From contig OX337236.1 of the NCBI GenBank assembly GCA_946965045.2, positions 310,001 to 374,000 of the forward strand: a stretch of DNA of 64,000 bases, written 5' to 3'. Below are positions 61,901 through 64,000 of this stretch, one piece after another. The stretch is from Epithemia pelagica (taxonomy: Eukaryota; Protista; Bacillariophyta). The notes below the pieces were generated by a model. It searched no databases, had not been told where the DNA came from, and worked only from the letters and a program-made list of their open reading frames with translations. The translations under genes and the position numbers were made by a program. Every line of letters begins with the position of its first letter. Position 1 is the first letter of the stretch.

Positions 61901-64000
61901 CTTTAGTATCGACGGTCTTCCTTTGCTTCAAGCCGGTACATTTGGCCCAACTATCACAATCACTTTTAATGATGGCGCTCAAGGTTCACAACTGACCCAG
62001 TTGTCGGCGTACAAAAGTCACAAGACGCTCGGAGTTCAGAAATCGCCTCACGCTACCAACAAAGGTTTATATTTCGCTTTGGCTAAACGCAACGACAGTC
62101 ACACAAGGACCATGGCTCGCAGTCCCTTCAACAGAACTGATGCGTGGGCATACTACCACGCTATCTACTTGCCCAGTATGTGCTACCCATTTCCTTCCTC
62201 AACTATCTCGGATGCATTTTGCACAGCACTTCAACGCCAATTCAAGAAAGCTTTCTTACCCAAATATGGCTTCAACAGAAACATGCCAAACGCTGTGGTT
62301 TATGGACCATCTGAACTTGGCGGGATTGGTCTTCGTACTTTATCTGTCGAACGTGGCATAGCTCAAGTCTACCACTTTCTGGCTTGTATCCGCTCCGAAG
62401 GAGTTCAACATCAACTTGCATCAATCATGGTTTCTTGGGGTCAATTTCTTGCTGGCACTGGAATTCCTGTTTTAGAAGACGTGCATACAAATCTACCGCA
62501 TATGGAGCCAATGCAATGGCTACCTCAGATGCGTTCCTTTCTCGCCACAGTGGATTGCCGGATTGAACTTGAGCAGACATTCGTTCCAGACCTTCAACGG
62601 GAACAAGACTCTTTCTTGATGGATTTGGCCCTTGCCTATACCACGTCTCCAACCGACTTGAAATTGATTAACGCTTGTCGTCTCTACCTTGGAGTAACCT
62701 TCGTCAGTGACATTTCTAGCCCTGCGGGGTCAATAATCACTCGTGCTGCATATGACGGTCGTCTGGATATTCTCACGCGGCATCGCGGCCTTATCCCATA
62801 CCAACAAAGACCTGGTCCAAAATCCTGGACAAAGTGGCGTCATTTCCTCAACAGCCTTCTCAGCTCTACTCAAGATCGACGCTTGAACCGACCACTCGGT
62901 AAATGGTACTTTGGTGGATCGTCTACCTTTCGGAATTGGTTGTCTTATCTCGACCGTCCGTCTTCCCGTCTTTTTGTCTCGGCCCCAAACGGTCAATGGT
63001 TAGAGTATCGCTACTATGGCATGGCCTTTTGGCCCACTACAACGTTGCATTCCTCCGTCCCACCTACTGCTTGCCCAGCTCAGACTCTGTCGACTGGTCC
63101 AGCGAAGATTTTGTCCTCAAGCCACTACGTGTTAGCGCGCCCCAGTACACCACCGCCAAGCTCTCTGAGTGAACATATGGCTCAACTGTCTTCTTGGGAA
63201 AGGTCCCTCTGTACACAGTGCACTGCTCTGTGCTCAACTGATGATCTCGCTGCTTTTCTTCAATCGAGTTCGCCACTGTTGGTTAGCAGTGACGGTTCTG
63301 CTGGTTCCTTTGTTGGTACATTTGGCTGCGTTTGCTCCACTGACACCGGACAACGACTATTTCGACTTCATGGTCCCGCGCCTGGTTACAAAACGTCCTC
63401 ATTCCGTGCGGAAAGCTATGCATTCTTAGCCATCCTACGGTATCTGATACAATCGTGCGAGTTTCTAAGCTGTTCTCTACCCATCTCTCTTCAGATGTTC
63501 ACCGATTCTGAAAGTTTGGTCAAGACGATTCAAAAACGGATGGAATGGTTCGTTGAGTTTCCGTATTCTACAATGACGGCAGATTGGGACCTACAACAAG
63601 CAATCTCTCGGTCGCTCCGACAGTTTGCAGAACTCCCTCATATTTGTCATATCAAGGGCCATCAAGATCAAGAACAAGCATACTCAACTTTACCGCTGCC
63701 AGCTCAACTCAATGTCGACGCGGATCATGCAGCATCCGATTATTCTTATCCTTCATGTGTCTCTACGTGCCTCGCACCTATAACAGCGGGATGTCACGCG
63801 TTGCTCCACAGTGCGGATGGATCTATTAACTCAAACTACCGAGCTATTCTACGCAGACTGGCTACCTTTGACACACTCCGCGACTATCATTGCACCAAAT
63901 ATGACTGGTCCGAGGCCGTGTTCGATTCCGTTGATTGGACTGCTCATGGTCGCGCATTGAATTCAAATTTTTCTCGTCGCCACTTTTTGGTAAAATTCCT
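58938..64000 (+). CDS. LINE ORF2 polyprotein (APE endonuclease, RT, RNase H), runs off the window (start 58938 or 59007)
   Basis: APE: FRIFGSNPNG, YETN, LIGDFNE, RERIDYV, GDHR. RT: RLRVIHLYEQDYNL, DATACYDRI, YGSGQGAGNSP, IGFVDD. RNase H: VSSDGS, RAESY, FTDSES, HIKGHQD, NVDAD. All motifs I translated fall in one frame, and the ORF track lists no closed ORF in that frame. Confidence 0.92.
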   Translation, partial: MSRNLNIPEINNYINHNHHHFATMPEPTQQEDFPDQLFHDTLHPNSSTQETFKFDAPIGIPLQEKDDNTFRIFGSNPNGLTLGHDGGDFAELCLEMSNSQVDTWCIYETNLDTTQHNVRNKLHNTIRKHTEHSRIVYGSSLISTVRGRAYKPGGILQVTQGQTTGRVVKQGQDSMGRWAYQVFSCRGHKTLTVITAYQVCHQTLIDETTQRRRSFTASAQQVSMLRQMNRTCTPREAFIQDLGAFIQERTVCNSGILLIGDFNEALSDSYSGMSKLCSDNNLQDLMWQILGTTDFGTHAKGRERIDYVLCSDWVAAAVKNGYYEAFGYRPKGDHRNIMIDFDIEKLFGNRTQPLGPISSRNFTSQDKSSNRKYIEAKHRYCRDHNFRQRLAALQEEWNPDEAEKLDKDWQRAGEYAAKQCSKKPRSVPYVAELAELRQRKNLLLKLISAAKLNKSFDAGIAHLTTNGYQGGFPSTMTECQTECRVTQQKIKAMTKTAIYRRQNELKIALQEAIDCGDKQQSKALKHRISAERTKAMYAKLRQCRENPKAGITRLDVPADSTNTDYNNCSSWITIDTPSEIEERLLQRNRKHFGQADGTFPTTPPFSEWCDWGASTHTAELILEGDWQSEELTDLQQCLINHMKARVALDTISSTISTEEWVGKIRSWPESTTTSPSGFHLGHSKALISGHDLDPKSHESELLEHQRSELIEWQVALLNCALSNQYSFTRWQHIVNVMILKEPGDLRIHRLRVIHLYEQDYNLVLAIKWRKMIQLCTNQQALHPTQFGGVPGRDAIIPTLCEEFQYEISRASKRPLVHLDYDATACYDRIILSFGSLASRSFGQNRSIVFINARTLEQAKYYLKTQLGVSERFYKHCTSYPIYGSGQGAGNSPAIWCVVSSILFETYEEGANGASFESPDGTVKTKVYMIGFVDDTSGSANDFRRPSRAPLTHYISKAQDDAQRWNDVLALSGGALNPQKCSYHFMDYDFSIDGLPLLQAGTFGPTITITFNDGAQGSQLTQLSAYKSHKTLGVQKSPHATNKGLYFALAKRNDSHTRTMARSPFNRTDAWAYYHAIYLPSMCYPFPSSTISDAFCTALQRQFKKAFLPKYGFNRNMPNAVVYGPSELGGIGLRTLSVERGIAQVYHFLACIRSEGVQHQLASIMVSWGQFLAGTGIPVLEDVHTNLPHMEPMQWLPQMRSFLATVDCRIELEQTFVPDLQREQDSFLMDLALAYTTSPTDLKLINACRLYLGVTFVSDISSPAGSIITRAAYDGRLDILTRHRGLIPYQQRPGPKSWTKWRHFLNSLLSSTQDRRLNRPLGKWYFGGSSTFRNWLSYLDRPSSRLFVSAPNGQWLEYRYYGMAFWPTTTLHSSVPPTACPAQTLSTGPAKILSSSHYVLARPSTPPPSSLSEHMAQLSSWERSLCTQCTALCSTDDLAAFLQSSSPLLVSSDGSAGSFVGTFGCVCSTDTGQRLFRLHGPAPGYKTSSFRAESYAFLAILRYLIQSCEFLSCSLPISLQMFTDSESLVKTIQKRMEWFVEFPYSTMTADWDLQQAISRSLRQFAELPHICHIKGHQDQEQAYSTLPLPAQLNVDADHAASDYSYPSCVSTCLAPITAGCHALLHSADGSINSNYRAILRRLATFDTLRDYHCTKYDWSEAVFDSVDWTAHGRALNSNFSRRHFLVKF

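Larger units (their letters stand above)
56674..64000 (+). mobile_element. Non-LTR retrotransposon (Ambal-like LINE with APE, RT and RNase H), 5' end present, 3' end beyond the window
   Basis: About 145 nt of 5' UTR, then ORF1, then ORF2 with all LINE catalytic motifs. Confidence 0.93.

Noticed and set aside
1-64000. tRNA, rRNA or other structured ncRNA genes
   Set aside because: None recognised by eye; tRNAscan-SE or Infernal would be needed to exclude them.

Overview
This is eukaryotic nuclear DNA, most consistent with a pennate diatom (inference). The evidence is short GT-AG introns, bipartite plastid-targeting presequences, Thr/Asn/Gln-rich low-complexity proteins, a CoDi-like copia element and an Ambal-like LINE. 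The window has three parts. (1) 1-10.5 kb is a rearranged accessory zone: a Crinkler-type PD-(D/E)xK fragment, a WRKY/GCM1(FAR1)-like zinc-finger gene, a single-HKD PLD/nuclease gene, and a patchwork of duplicated fragments of neighbouring genes. The patchwork includes two broken thioesterase copies and a chimeric ORF built from R3H-gene and transcription-factor-gene pieces. (2) 8.5-53.5 kb, overlapping the end of that zone, is gene-dense and mostly housekeeping: thioesterase, R3H/SUZ protein, mitochondrial L33, two FKBPs, RlmN, aldo-keto reductase, eIF2beta, DUF1415, a DEAD-box helicase, a dual-specificity phosphatase with an in-frame TAG, Vps11 without RING, proteasome beta2, isochorismatase and a tweety-like protein. 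It also holds three unusual genes: a secreted GK/Tyr-rich + KPT-repeat + dirigent-like protein, a charged helical protein with exact 54-aa repeats, and a signal-peptide-bearing Crinkler-type NTPase-REase. (3) 54-64 kb is a Ty1/copia pol gene interrupted by an oppositely oriented, apparently intact APE-RT-RNaseH LINE that runs off the window end. All family assignments come from motif recognition by eye; no database search was run.
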